A stretch of 64,000 nt of DNA, from positions 186,001-250,000 of the forward strand of contig CBFFRQ010000080.1 of NCBI GenBank assembly GCA_965644315.1, written 5' to 3'. Each line of letters opens with the position of its first letter. Positions within the stretch are counted from its first letter, which is position 1. A program made the position numbers and the translations under genes. This document shows, piece by piece, positions 12,901-23,015 of the stretch. Origin of the DNA: Caecitellus pseudoparvulus. Taxonomy: Eukaryota > Protista > Bigyra: Bicosoecida. Under the pieces are notes generated by a model, which saw only the letters and a program-made list of their open reading frames with translations, had not been told where the DNA came from and ran no database searches.

Positions 12901-15900
12901 CGAGTGCCCTGGACTCCGCCGAAGCGTATCAGCCTCCTCCTGTCATCATTGTATACCTTGTTTGGCTGCCAGTCAGAGCGCACTCATCTGGAGTGATGGA
13001 GGCCGCCGTGGCTGCATGGGAGTGGCTGCTTGCGGCTGTGCCGCAAGCCCGTGTGCAGTTGCTCGCCGAGGTCTTGGCAGCTTGGCGGTGGTCGGTTGCT
13101 CAGGGTTGGGGGCTGTTCTCAGGCAAGCAGTGGCAGTTCGCCCTGTCTGTGGACCCAGCTACAGGGGAGGCACAGTCTGGTGCGGCGGCCAGCGGAGGCC
13201 ACCCAGGCCCGGAGCTGTACGCGCCCCTGCCACAGGGTCTCGCAGGCGGGCGCTTTTCAGAAGCTGCGGCCCACCAGCACAACTCTGGTGTGGCCTCTAC
13301 TCCGCTACCGGCAGACATGGTGAGTGTGGAGCCGCACCGCGTCTGGTTGGGCTTTTGGGCAAGGGTCTGGGGTACTGCGTTGGCGGGGGGCCACGTGGGG
13401 CAGAGCACGCTCATCGCACAGGCTGTTTCAGCAGCCTTGGCATCACCCCAGCGCCTGTGTACCCACCCTGCTGCCCTCGGCACCCGCCTGCGTCTCGTGC
13501 ACCTTGCGCTGACGGTTCTCCAGGCGATGCATCATCCACGGTATGCCACAGCGGCCCCCAAGCTGCGCACCGCCCCAGGACTGGCAGGGCTCACGGCTGG
13601 CCTCGCTGATGCTCACAGCCAGGTTGCCGACGCGGACATTTCGCTTGTCGCGGCTGACCGTGACCTGGCGCACGGCGTGTCTGGCGGCTGGTGGGAGCCC
13701 AGAGGGGACTTGGGCGGTTCCTCCGGCATCGCTCGAGGCGACTCAGGGGTCGCCCCCCCTGCTCACGGCGGCGCGGGGCGCGTGGCTCCCCTCAGCCTGA
13801 GGTCGGTTGGTGTTCCATCACAGTCCGGTGAAGCGTCCAGCACCCTTCTGCAACCCTCGCTCACCTTCTCCGTGCCCACAACGCAAGACGCAAGGGCGGC
13901 CGCTTTGTCTCGCAGCCTCTCCGGTGCTCGTGGCAGTGCCTCCATGCCACGACTCGGTGGTGTGGCAGCATGGAATGGACCACTTGCTGGCGTGGATGCA
14001 GCGCTCGCGGCATATGGGGCTCGGCACATCGAGGAGGCAAGAGAGGGGGGGGCCTCGCCTCGGCGCAGGGCCGCCCCCCGCTTCGCCTTTGCCTTGCATG
14101 ACACGACACCAGGGGCAGACGGTGGGCTTGGAAATGCCCCGTCCGTGCCTCCCCCCAGCGCATATGGCTCGGCAGCCACCGCTGCCGATGCTGATGCCGA
14201 AAGCGCACAGCCTTCTTGGACCTCCTTGGGCGTGGGATCCTTGGGGCTCTTCCGTTCCAGAATTCTCGCGGCAGTGCTGGAGTGGTTCAAGAGTCCTCCC
14301 TCATGGTATGAGGCTGTGACGTCCCAGCACCGCCTGCGCGCAGACTGGCCGTACCTCGTCTCCACCATGCAGCTGCTATCGGCCGACCGCGCCTTTTGGT
14401 ACTCCTCAGCTGTGCCCAATCGCCGCACCGTAGAGGCAGCAGCGCCAGCGGCTGCTGCCGCTGGTTTGGCAGCAGCAGGGCTTCATGGTGACGCCGTGGC
14501 ACTCATGACAGGCCGACCAGCTGGAACGTCAGGGGGGGGCACGGTTGGGTCCGGTCCAGGCTCACGGAACTACCCGTCCATGGCGGGTGCCTTGTCCAAG
14601 TGGGGCAGCCAGACCGCAACTGGCAGCCCTACGCACTGCACGGAGCCGACGCGGAGCTTGCTGCCGCTGCTTCGCCCTCACAGCTCGTTGAGGCTCCCTT
14701 CCCAGCCACCTTCGGAAGGGGCGACCTCACCCTCCCCGTGGGTCACTGCTGCTCGGCACGCGTTTCCAAGCACCAGCTCCATCGGCTCCGAAGCGCTGGG
14801 CGGCGAGCATGTCTCCATCATTGCTGCTACTCGTCGAGGAAGTGGGCTGGGTGATCTCGGACTCGGGCAAGCACCTGGCGTTTCTCTTGGCCACCAGCTG
14901 CAAGGTGGCATGCGCTCATCATACGCTGGCCTTGGGCAGGGCACGGCCGAGGCAGGCAGCGTGCTGAGCGATGGTGCAGCCTCCGGGGACGGGTTCGCCT
15001 TCACTGGCGTTGATGACACCGGCGCTGGCGCGGCTGTGGGCCCAGATGCGCTCACGTCCCTGGCACTTGGCCTCGCAGCTTCAGCGAACGCTGCACCAGA
15101 TGGCCGGGAGTACACAACCCTGTACGCAGCCGCCCAGCTTGCCTACACACGCCACTTGAGCGTTGCCTGCCAAACCCTCCAGGCAGGCGGCCGAGCAGCC
15201 GCTGGCTCAGGGTTGCCCGTGGAGGAAGGTGCGGGGGGCATGTCGACTTCCACTGCGAAGCGTGGCAGCAGCCTGCTTAAGCACTGCCGGGCTTTGCTGG
15301 AGGCACACCCCATCGCTGACCTCGCCCACACACGCCTTCGTGCCCCATCAGGCGGGGTTTCCGTCGCGTCAGGGGACAGCGCCGAGACTGGAAGTGTAGT
15401 GCTCACCGGAGCGTGGGGGGTGCGGGCTGGTCTGTCTCGTCAGGCGCCGTCCAGCCTGCCTCCTGATGCCTTGGCACGCGATGCCCAATACCAGGGCCAA
15501 GAGGGGGGTGGGCTTGGCAGTATCCCTGACGCGTCCAGCTCGGAGGCTTTCCCCGGCCAAACTGCTCTATCCGCTGTCGCTGGACAAGTGGCTGTTGCTT
15601 TGCTGCTGCTGGCCAACGAAGCCGACAGGCAAGTGGCATGGCACAACCCCCTTTCATTGCCAGCCCGCCGGTTGCCCAACGAAAGCATGGTGTCTTTGCA
15701 TGTTTATGCGCGTTCCCAAGGTCTGGACGGGAGCTCACGAAGTGCCTCTGACAGCGCGCTGCGTGGCGTGGACATGGGGGGGGGTCCGTCGCACCTGTCT
15801 GCAGGCGTGCCTGGGCAGCCCAGCACCCCTTTCGGAGTGATGGGCGGCGCAGTGAAGCACGCAACGTACATCGGTGGAGGTGCAGATGCGGCACAGTCGG

Positions 15901-18900
15901 TGAGCCCAGCGGCCTCACACCGTGGGTCCTTGCCAGGTGATGCATGGCACCCTGAAGCGGCAGCGAACAAGTGTGCATCGAGCGTCGGGCGCAGTGTACC
16001 AGCATTGCAAGGTACCGCAATGTCTTATGGACTCCAGGGCAGCACGTGGCGAGCGCACGTCTTGGCGGCATGGAATGTGGATCCAGCTGCAGCAGTGGCC
16101 CTAGGCACACACTTCCCTGCCGTCCCGGCTGTTGCCACGACGCTTCGCGAGGTTGTCCAGGCATCCCCAACTTCTGTGCTCAGCTGCCCAGCCGCAGTGC
16201 AGTACCTCGTGACTTGGGAGACTGTGGAGCAGTGCGCGCCTTGCCTGTCATGGCTCAGTTCTTGGGCGGTGGCTGCGCCTCCCCTTGCGCTGCGCCTGCT
16301 GTCGCGCGTGGCCCCGGAAGGCTCCTTGCAGCGGCCACTTGCATCCCACCCTGCAGTCATGGCGTATGTTGTTCGCAGCTTGCGCCACCAGGCCCCCAGT
16401 ACCATTGTGTTTTATTTGCCTCAGCTGGTGCAAGCCCTCCGGCACGATGGTGGTGGTTTGCTGGCAGACTTCTTGCTGGGAGTCTCCCAGGTTTCAATGT
16501 TAGTTGCGCACCAACTCATGTGGTCATTGTCCACTGAGAGCAAGCAGGAGGAGGGCGGGGAGGGTGACGCGACGCACGGTTTTATGGGTGAGCTGCCCGG
16601 ACAAGACACTCTGCCTCAGCGTGCCAGTGCCCTGTTTGAGCGGGTGCAGGCTTCCTTCCCCCCCCTCGCCGAGGCAATGTTCCGAACCCAGTACGATTTC
16701 TGGGATGCCATCACGGACATTTCTGGTCGCCTCAAGCGCGAAGTGCCATCCAAGTCCGACCGCAGCGCCAAAATCAAGAGTTTCATCAGTCAGCTCTCGG
16801 CTCGTGCCCGTGCTGATGTGCACGAGTACGTGGCTAAGCTCGCAGACACGGCGAAGCGCAGCCCACCGACTGCGGGTGCCGTCCCCGAGCGCTTTGTTCG
16901 TTTGCGCGGTGACGCTAAGCTCGCTGGTGCTGCTGGGACACTGCATGTTGGAGTGAGCGACATCCTCTCCCGCGAGTATGCTGCTCGTCGTACTTTGCAG
17001 GCGGCTGACGCCGTGTCCGGCGCTTCAAGTGAAGCTGCTGTGGATGAGGCACCAGCGCTGGATGGTGCACCTGGGTCGCCCGCTCCGCCAGTCTCCGACT
17101 TAGGGGCTGCCGCCGTCCCGTCAGGCAGGGCGCAGGACATTGTTCGGAGTGAACTTGCGGCTGTGTTGCGCGACAGCGTCTTGTACCTGCCAACAAATCC
17201 GGACTTCAGGCTGATCACGGTGAGGGAGGATTCTGGCCGCGCCATGCAGTCAGCTGCAAAGTGCCCATTCATGCTTTCGTTCAACGTCACGCCTTTCCAT
17301 GGACCAGACGCTGCTTTCCAGAAGCAGCTTCAGGCACTCGAGGAGCCACCCAGCTCGTCCTCCTCCGAGCCCATGCCTGGCTCTACAAGCTCCCCTCGGC
17401 GCGGGGGCAAGCCAGGGGTGTGGAGTCGCACCAAGCAACAGCTGGTGCAGCGCTACCGCCGGCTCCGGGGCCGCCGCAGGGTATCTCTACCTTCAGAAAG
17501 CGCCGAGGAGCCTACGGAAGACAGTGACGAAGAGGTGATCATGTTTCTGGCACAGGAAGAAGGTGAGGAGCAGGATGACATGGTGCTTGTGGTGCCAGAG
17601 GACTTCAGCGAGCAAGTTGGGGACGGCATCGTTATCCCAGCGTCCCACACTCCGGCAAAGAAGGCAGGGCTGCGCTGGAACCTGCAACGCATCAAGCGCA
17701 CGTCAGACCACACCCGGGCAGTGCTCGCGGTGAAGTCTGCAGAGCTGTCATCGTCTTTCGCCCGCAACAAGCTGTCTCTTCAGCGCGCGCTGCGGCGAGG
17801 TGCGGCTGACGTGGCATCTCGCGTTCGTTCTGTGATGGGTGGCGCCAGTGGCGAAGCAGCTGCCCAGGCAGGCCCAGCTGAGGGCGAGTCATTCCTGCAC
17901 ATGCCTTCTCCGACAATCGACGCCGAGGAAGCGGCCGCATTGGAAGGCGAAACGATGGAGGGAGGTGTGGACTTGTCGGCTTTGGAAGATGCGCGGGAAG
18001 AGTCCGAGGAGACCCGGCCTGACGACGTCGACGACTTTGACTTGTCTTCGCTCTCGTCATTCTCTGCATCAGTGGCCTCCGCAGACGAGGAAGCCAGAGA
18101 GCCACAGCACACTTTGGAGCCAGAGCAAAAAGCTGAGGCTCCCAGCGCCTCTGTCTCCTCGGCAGATGGAGTGAATTCTGTCTCGTCAGGCGCGGCAGCC
18201 TCCGGGGAACCTGGTGGCCCCAGCTCAGCTCCCACAAAGACGAGTGACAGCGGCCGCTCCATCAAGCAGCGAGTCGCCGCTGCTTTGAGTTCAGCGCGCA
18301 AGTCAACGAAGCGCATTCGGATCAAGCGGTTCAGGCTCCGGCGCCGGCGCAAGGCACCGCCAGCTCCACAAGCACCGACCCGAGGGGCACTTCAACACCC
18401 CAGCCTCCCCGGCACAGCTCGTGCCATGGCCACGCGTTCAAAAGCCATTATCTTTAAGGTGTACGACGACATTCGCCAGGATGCCTTGGCGCTGCAGCTG
18501 ATTGGGATGCTGAAGGCATCCTTCGATACCACTGCGACAGGCTTGACCACCTTCCCGTACCGCGTGGTCCCTTCTCGTGTCGGGTCTGGGAAGGATGCGG
18601 GGGGGCTTCTGGAAGTAGTGCCGAATGCGCGGTCCATGGATGATATTGGCAAAAGCGGCAACCCGTCGTTGTACCACTACTTCGTCAACAAGTTTGGTCG
18701 GCCAGGTACGCCAGCATTTGATGCAGCGCAGCGCAACTTTGCCCGCTCTTCCGCATCGTACGCTGTGGCGTGCATGCTGTTGTGGATCAAGGATCGCCAC
18801 AACGGCAACATCCTTGTGAATGGGGATGGTCACCTCATCCACATTGACTTTGGCTTCCTGCTGGGCATCTCGCCTGGTGGGAATTTGGGCTGGGAGACTG

Positions 18901-19247
18901 CTGCATTCAAGTGGACCCAGGAGATGATGGACATCTTGGGTGGAGAAGGCTCGGAGCCGTACCAGTACTTCATGCAGCTGACTGCGAGGGCGATGTTGCT
19001 GGCCCATCAGCTGGCCGAGCCCTTGTCAACCTTAATCGGCGGTATGGCTGACTCTGGGCTGGACTGTTTTAAGTTCGACTATACCCTGCAGTTCTTGCGG
19101 CAGCGGCAGCGGTGGTCCGACACCCCCTTGGAGGTGGTGGACTTCATGCTGGACCGCATCCGCGACGCGGCGAATAACCCGAGCACCTGGTCGTACGACG
19201 GTATTCAGAAGGCACAGAACAACATTCACTCGCAGACATGGCAGTAG
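6969..19247 (+). CDS. PI4KA: Phosphatidylinositol 4-kinase type III alpha (Stt4-like), giant single ORF of 4092 aa
   Basis: PIK helical domain (IVFYLPQLVQALRHD..AHQLMW) and kinase motifs MQSAAKCPF, IFKVYDDIRQD, YAVACMLLWIKDRHNGNIL, IHIDFGFLLGISPGGNLGWETAAFK, plus C-terminal YDGIQKAQNNI typical of PI4KIII-alpha. Confidence 0.92.
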   Translation: MSRQGVAGLVRGVAAAAAASSSSPLAVLQHLLAIAPSPTAEAPGGETVHVRLSSTQREAVCAVLEYFLSTYGRNAAKLIPTLSAWLGALPHLSPHRDNQDYSARLSSGVLEAMRSIRMATKPLSEAFVSVLERFSVTRGVLDGLDHLAGRHRDAGFSVSPRGLAPLTCLQGLLHALACFDKGRLPFSATQLLRIKAVLLFFARRLEGMTTASGSGAVAQPTADAGHATPAGLALPSDAETQSMSQPSASALRAALIASILHTLAATCTNSDFAPGTAEAAGAASSSALLSRSASTDTLWVRSPQASNEDSAASGTASPHPGVEAVESITPTEPTVLSDREPQPLSSSPEGTSVRPPPVPSPPLFPRDRLLSSDAIHTMSAWGGAVPGLSELGALAKLHATPETWGGGDSPSSPSHVGHSLGVLAVALAERHAASLHAQVRLGAVRLLTKAALLLPPMAARVHALLLEDLTVTATHPEADVGLLLGLSTALVQLVPFYPTSAALVEAGIAEDFDAAAGILSSLAAAAASRPLQSALCDMPVHPERLRSTLTVFGSLLTPDAGAFAVPPDGSKPATGPVSAFKSRPAIGSVGRRRGRMGRAFKARRTTSWSSGSSARRLDGPVSPALGPSTPAFAFEGASILGTGETIGPGGVPTMSGHASTSSGQTKAFDTLAAGTAPPVLVPKHPVREALLSCMCAAAGLEVTGQGKAAAGPVLGTTVATLSAAVSLAAIAKSTLSKRRGLAHASRSTVRQDIEKGSQEGEAAAISLDTMQQLLRQARNMMSGARDKGALGPKRVTRTATASHGTGVQGKGKKTESAESQTLAALQAGCGAWASAFAAAAAAVEVVGALMRSLDCKAATRQAGERLLALMTSECDSCADDPYFCRLATLCRPAAPQSSSQVASSPQAAAMQAAVYAACRRWMQQLLATLVDAALLSYRVYAPVAAALVARFDSPPGNDPHRLSPCVRDIPAALAQLAEGLRTIPSKRQPLRTDCRQRLLGLAARLGRRGIGSDVASVVRLFQQGSGKGTGDEGGHGDVVLHHAASAAAVAIFTHAASAEVPLHSHLLSRLLPALALSMTGSGEGEGGSADDMAPPSKAHRPLWELLTGMRFGEGGVWGQAALGSMLALAKCTPPLSIRTASVYLPVEIDATARPSLEALCAGESASSAVVAAIERQSAPRPADAASCRTTQRLRGTLSAALPAAGSAIDSLSPPHVLYISAVLHLECLRAAASGSASHAFTYLHNPALAPLSASDTPHAESAGERAFAASELAAGGGAIGPDASKAATLGHLRSCLAAAADAALTVALRAAHSGKIDAKGPAVDMAQFLIASAGHRQSTVRKQASQALSRVTTAVPQLLWNSRVLETLMNATEALAARAVQGMQPLPPAASRAAPPSAATTVHDMSSGVAVSAGPGAGDGVLASPTAFVGQGQRLAIPAAPLQGQAAQSSPAGLEEVGPLVLPGCRHHLECPTSGQALAVVAVEVAELTAQWLAAAIGHGSGPRVVDLLSSQLARFSGIMTAVSSLHSPHPSSAGAGSPASAHTLAYPPPGGLLTALAVAAPTAAASGQALVCPPTGTSGLPATSGVAAAAQAVVAALGGAAGAQGDDSLGAAATSSAWSTALVAAVRSDALALPGAHRPTQLPTGGTVTRPALAALSALLAPSAPPDSTHPLAMVPGLLPLGSGPPTDFSSPSGGAPTVSLLAGGSGAETLAQLQRRSYFLGLVQGMADHHERLRAKAVRSSAKQFAARLAAGASHAHADSPNLGPAHLAIEEELVAQGDALLTTAARRWAAESAGLALRATLEASEAGSDPAAAPQPRELARLVSSRWARRVRAAASKRPSAAPPSDDSASRDADAHEAAEIEREGVADSSPGPAAVLRLLPAVVRLAVAGWRYAARARQRMAKNFDGLVTKQVNMCAAYLVWHHLAWQAEHPDAKGDQDPQTDATAAAAALAPPSAASTAFGVAGRLAGASGTSPSALDSAEAYQPPPVIIVYLVWLPVRAHSSGVMEAAVAAWEWLLAAVPQARVQLLAEVLAAWRWSVAQGWGLFSGKQWQFALSVDPATGEAQSGAAASGGHPGPELYAPLPQGLAGGRFSEAAAHQHNSGVASTPLPADMVSVEPHRVWLGFWARVWGTALAGGHVGQSTLIAQAVSAALASPQRLCTHPAALGTRLRLVHLALTVLQAMHHPRYATAAPKLRTAPGLAGLTAGLADAHSQVADADISLVAADRDLAHGVSGGWWEPRGDLGGSSGIARGDSGVAPPAHGGAGRVAPLSLRSVGVPSQSGEASSTLLQPSLTFSVPTTQDARAAALSRSLSGARGSASMPRLGGVAAWNGPLAGVDAALAAYGARHIEEAREGGASPRRRAAPRFAFALHDTTPGADGGLGNAPSVPPPSAYGSAATAADADAESAQPSWTSLGVGSLGLFRSRILAAVLEWFKSPPSWYEAVTSQHRLRADWPYLVSTMQLLSADRAFWYSSAVPNRRTVEAAAPAAAAAGLAAAGLHGDAVALMTGRPAGTSGGGTVGSGPGSRNYPSMAGALSKWGSQTATGSPTHCTEPTRSLLPLLRPHSSLRLPSQPPSEGATSPSPWVTAARHAFPSTSSIGSEALGGEHVSIIAATRRGSGLGDLGLGQAPGVSLGHQLQGGMRSSYAGLGQGTAEAGSVLSDGAASGDGFAFTGVDDTGAGAAVGPDALTSLALGLAASANAAPDGREYTTLYAAAQLAYTRHLSVACQTLQAGGRAAAGSGLPVEEGAGGMSTSTAKRGSSLLKHCRALLEAHPIADLAHTRLRAPSGGVSVASGDSAETGSVVLTGAWGVRAGLSRQAPSSLPPDALARDAQYQGQEGGGLGSIPDASSSEAFPGQTALSAVAGQVAVALLLLANEADRQVAWHNPLSLPARRLPNESMVSLHVYARSQGLDGSSRSASDSALRGVDMGGGPSHLSAGVPGQPSTPFGVMGGAVKHATYIGGGADAAQSVSPAASHRGSLPGDAWHPEAAANKCASSVGRSVPALQGTAMSYGLQGSTWRAHVLAAWNVDPAAAVALGTHFPAVPAVATTLREVVQASPTSVLSCPAAVQYLVTWETVEQCAPCLSWLSSWAVAAPPLALRLLSRVAPEGSLQRPLASHPAVMAYVVRSLRHQAPSTIVFYLPQLVQALRHDGGGLLADFLLGVSQVSMLVAHQLMWSLSTESKQEEGGEGDATHGFMGELPGQDTLPQRASALFERVQASFPPLAEAMFRTQYDFWDAITDISGRLKREVPSKSDRSAKIKSFISQLSARARADVHEYVAKLADTAKRSPPTAGAVPERFVRLRGDAKLAGAAGTLHVGVSDILSREYAARRTLQAADAVSGASSEAAVDEAPALDGAPGSPAPPVSDLGAAAVPSGRAQDIVRSELAAVLRDSVLYLPTNPDFRLITVREDSGRAMQSAAKCPFMLSFNVTPFHGPDAAFQKQLQALEEPPSSSSSEPMPGSTSSPRRGGKPGVWSRTKQQLVQRYRRLRGRRRVSLPSESAEEPTEDSDEEVIMFLAQEEGEEQDDMVLVVPEDFSEQVGDGIVIPASHTPAKKAGLRWNLQRIKRTSDHTRAVLAVKSAELSSSFARNKLSLQRALRRGAADVASRVRSVMGGASGEAAAQAGPAEGESFLHMPSPTIDAEEAAALEGETMEGGVDLSALEDAREESEETRPDDVDDFDLSSLSSFSASVASADEEAREPQHTLEPEQKAEAPSASVSSADGVNSVSSGAAASGEPGGPSSAPTKTSDSGRSIKQRVAAALSSARKSTKRIRIKRFRLRRRRKAPPAPQAPTRGALQHPSLPGTARAMATRSKAIIFKVYDDIRQDALALQLIGMLKASFDTTATGLTTFPYRVVPSRVGSGKDAGGLLEVVPNARSMDDIGKSGNPSLYHYFVNKFGRPGTPAFDAAQRNFARSSASYAVACMLLWIKDRHNGNILVNGDGHLIHIDFGFLLGISPGGNLGWETAAFKWTQEMMDILGGEGSEPYQYFMQLTARAMLLAHQLAEPLSTLIGGMADSGLDCFKFDYTLQFLRQRQRWSDTPLEVVDFMLDRIRDAANNPSTWSYDGIQKAQNNIHSQTWQ

Positions 19248-19256
19248 TGTGCCCGT

Positions 19257-20533
19257 TTATGACTCACACAGAACTCGCCGGGTGTCAATGGCGGGCCTTG
19301 TTGTGCCCTTGCCCCTTGGGAATTCGGCTTGCAGCGCCTGGGTGTCGAATGTTCCCGGCTTCAAGTGCGTGTAGTCATCGAAATGCACGGAGCTTGAAAA
19401 CTTCCCTTTGTGCATGCGACGCACTTGCTTGTAGTCAAAGTGCCCGTGAGGTGTTCCGCGAAGAGCTCGGGCACTCCACTGCTCTGAGCTCAGAGTCTCC
19501 CGAGCCCGATGTGCTGGTGGGACAACGGGGGGCAGCTTTAGTGCGTCCACTCCTGCAGTGAGCAACCGCTCTTCTTGTTGCCTTCGGGACAATTGCTTCT
19601 TTAGAGGGTCTTGCATGGAAATGGCCACTTGGATGGGAGGCTTGGAAGCTGCGAAAGGGAACGAAATGTGTGAAGCCTGGTGGCACTAGACAGCTTACCT
19701 AGCTGCACACACTGGCCGTGGGCTGGTAGTCACCGTCCTCGTGAGCCTGCAAGAATACGCCTTGCTCCCGGGAGGTGGCGGCCAGGTACGCTTCGTGCCC
19801 CTTCTGCCACTCTCGGCTGTGCTGCTTGGCAGACTGCGAGGCGTGCAACCCAATGTGCGCCCCTGTAGTGGATGCACGCCATGGCCAAGCTTGCATGGCT
19901 CCGGCTTACCTTGCTGTCAATCTTTCGCCTCATGCCCTCCAACACAGGGGTGTAGTAGTTGTCTTGCCAGTCGACGTACCTTTGTACGGCACGTTGGCGC
20001 TGCACCAAGTCAAAGGCGCCGATCACCTCTCCGACCCGCTTCTTCAATGGGGTTTGTGCCTGCTTGAGGCTTTGATGGAGTGGTGCGTCTGGCAAGTCAC
20101 TTGTCAGCATCAGCAGTACACTCACAAGGATCTTGTTGACCTTCACCCGGAGCTGGGCGATTTCTGCTTCCTTGGTTGACCGTGCATACGTAGCTTCCTG
20201 CAGAGCCTTGTACGCGTCATGCTTGCGCTGGATGTTCCTCCACTTGCGCTTCGCTGCCTCGGCTTGGGCAGCTTGCAGTCGCTTGGCCTCCATCTCAGCT
20301 TGGGTCAGCGGCCGCGGTTCAGGCTGCAGCCCAAGGTGGCGTCGCAGGGTGGAGCGCGCTCCTGCTTCAGACAGCCGCTGATGATGGAGGGCAGAGGCTT
20401 CGCTTGCAGCGGTGCACAAATCCGCGTACGCTGCGGTGCTGTGCAGTGTGACAGTGTGGAGTTGGTTGCCTGTGTCACTGGTCGGAAGGCGGGCAGCACC
20501 TTCCCCCTGCGATTGTCTTGATATACGGGGCAT
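19257..20533 (-). CDS. FAM228-like protein (cilia-associated family), about 3 introns
   Basis: Exons from ORFs 19730-20737, 19699-19896 and 19257-19628. Motifs YVDWQDNYYTPV, EAYLAATSREQGVFLQAHEDGDYQP, QDPLKKQL, RETLSSEQW..TPHGHF, HFDDY and AEFPRGKG match my recollection of FAM228. Start taken at MPRISRQ. Confidence 0.6.
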
Positions 20534-20941
20534 GCTTTTGCCTTGGTTGCCACCTGAACTGCCAGGGTACTGCGCAAGCGTCGCGGGATCGGTTTTTGGG
20601 AGCGATTTCCGCTTGCAATGACTCGGCGTTGGCGTCACTGCCTGCGGCCAAGGGGCACCTAGTCGCAGTGTGCTTAGTGGCGTGTTGAGTCCCCAACTTG
20701 GTCTGGCGCATGTTAATGATTTGGGGGTGCGTAGCAAGTATGATCGGGTCAGGCCGTGGAATCAGGAATGGCGCCTGGCGCAGCAGCTTCGCCCTCAGGC
20801 CGCCAAGCGAAGCGATGGACCGACCGGCCACGCGAGGCACACTTTCCACTTCCACCCAACGCAAGTGCAGAGCGGCGCTTCCTGTGTCCAGTGGCCCTTC
20901 CATTGCCCCTTTCTCCCCTTCCTGACCTCCACGCGTCTGAC

Positions 20942-23015
20942 ATGGCAGCTGCAGCAGGCGGAGGCACCGTCGAGTACGGCACTCGGGCAGGCATCTTGCC
21001 CTTGCAGCCGCAGACCAAGCGCGGCGAGCCAGCGAAGCTGAACGCATCGCCAGATGGCACCAAAGTTATCTACTGCAACACCAACACTGTGATCGTGCGC
21101 GACATCGACGACGCGTCGAAGGCTTTCGTGTACGGCGAGCATGCGGCAAATGTGACGGGTGCGTGGCGGGGGCTGTGTACAACGTGGGCTCGAGTTTCCG
21201 TGCTCGGCCTGGACGCCCTGGTCAGCTGCAGCCGCCAACGCCATGTTTTCTCACCCCCCACAGTTGCTAAGTTTTCGCCCAATGGCAATTGGGTCGCGTC
21301 AGGAGGTGCGTCAGCGTACTGCTTGGCTGGGGCTAGGCGTGTTGAGGTGTTGGGCAAGTTCCGCACGCCGCTTGCACCCGCGCATTGCAGATGAGCACGG
21401 CAAGGTGCGTGTGTGGTCCTGGACCAGCGAATCTGCAAGTCTGAAGAATGAGGCCATGGTGTTGGGCGGGCGTGTGGAGGACCTGGACTGGGACGGCGAA
21501 GGCAAGCGCATCCTGGTTGTGGGTGGCGGCAGCGTCACAGCTCGTGTCATCATGTGGGACACTGGGTCCCAGCTGGGGACGCTGATGAAGCACGACAAGA
21601 CTGCCCTCACCGGTGCCATGAAGCCTGTGCGCCCCTATGCTGCTGCGTACGGTGGAGCAGACTTCGCTTCTGGCGTTACCTTCTGCAAAGGCCCACCCTT
21701 CAAGTACGACCACGCGGTGAAGGAGCACACGAACTTCGTGAACTGCCTGCGGTATGCGCCTGATGGCTCTGCATTGGTTTCTGTGTCCTCTGACAAGTCA
21801 GTACTTCTGTATGACGGCGCTGCTGGCACGCTGAGTAAGACCTTGAAGGGGCACAAGTCCGCCGTGTACGCCGCGTCATGGGCGCCAGACTCAGCTGCTT
21901 TCGTCACTGCGTCCTCTGACAAGACGCTGAAGACATGGAGTGCTGCCGATGGCACGTGCACCAACACGATTACCATCGGCAGCACAGTCGCCGACCAGCA
22001 GCTGGGCGTTGCATGGGCCGGCGCTGACCGTGTTGTGTCGGTGTCACTGAAGGGTGACCTGAACATCGTCGGCACGGCAGGGGAAGCTGATGTGAAGACC
22101 ATCACAGGGCACGTCGCCCCTGCCACTTGCCTAGCCTACGATGCCAGCAGCCACAGCATCGTGTCGGGTGACCTTGACGGACGCGTTGTGCTGTGGACAC
22201 CCCAGGACGACGCACACACCGCCTACGTTGGGAGCGTCGCGGGCGGGGACGGACACACTGGCAAGGTCAGCTTTGCTGTGGCGAGCAGCGGCAAGTTTGC
22301 AACCGTGGCCTTTGACGACACCCTGCGTGTTGGCGACTTTGCCTCAGGTTCCTTTACGTCTGCGGTGCCGCTGGAGGAGCAAGCCCGTGCCCTGTCTACC
22401 TCTGCAGCTGCACCAGACTTCTTCCTGGTGGCAACCTCCAAGAAGGTGTCTGTCTTTTCCGCCAGTGCTGAGGTGGCCAGCGTGGACGCTGCCTGGGGCC
22501 CCACGTGTGTGGACGTGGCGGCTGTGGCTGGCGCTGATGGCGTGTTGGTGGCCGTCGGCGGCGAGGACAAAAAGGTGCACTTCTTCCACCTGGACGCTGC
22601 CTCGGGGGCCCTCACCGAAGCTGGCACCAACGCCACCGAGTTGCGCGCTGCGGTGCACCGCGTGGCCATCGCCCCCGATGCCAGTGTCGTCGCAGCCGCC
22701 GACACGGTGAAGGAGATCAAGCTGCTGGAGGCGTCTGGGGAGTTCAAGAACATCGTCTCTGGCCGGTGGACGAAGCACAGCACTAAGCCTGTGGCCCTGG
22801 CGTGGAACTCCACAGGCACAGTGCTGGCCAGTGTCGCAGCCGACAGGCGCATGGCCTTCTGGAGCCCATCGAAGAAGACCGGGGCACTGGAGGCGCGTGA
22901 CCTCGCGCACTTCCAGCCGTACTTGGGCATGGCCTGGGCCGGCTCTCACGATGCTGTCTGGACTGTGGGCTCTGACGGCAACATCATCCGTGTGGACGCG
23001 CCATCTCAAGCCTAG
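20942..23015 (+). CDS. WDR1: Actin-interacting protein 1 (WD40-repeat, AIP1/WDR1), 2 introns near the 5' end
   Basis: PQTKRG..VIYCN, VYGEHAANVT/VAKFSPNGNWVASG/DEHGKVRVW, DLDWDGEGKRI, KPVRPY, GPPFKY..HTNFVNCLRYAPDG. These are diagnostic AIP1 segments, followed by many WD repeats. Confidence 0.93.
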
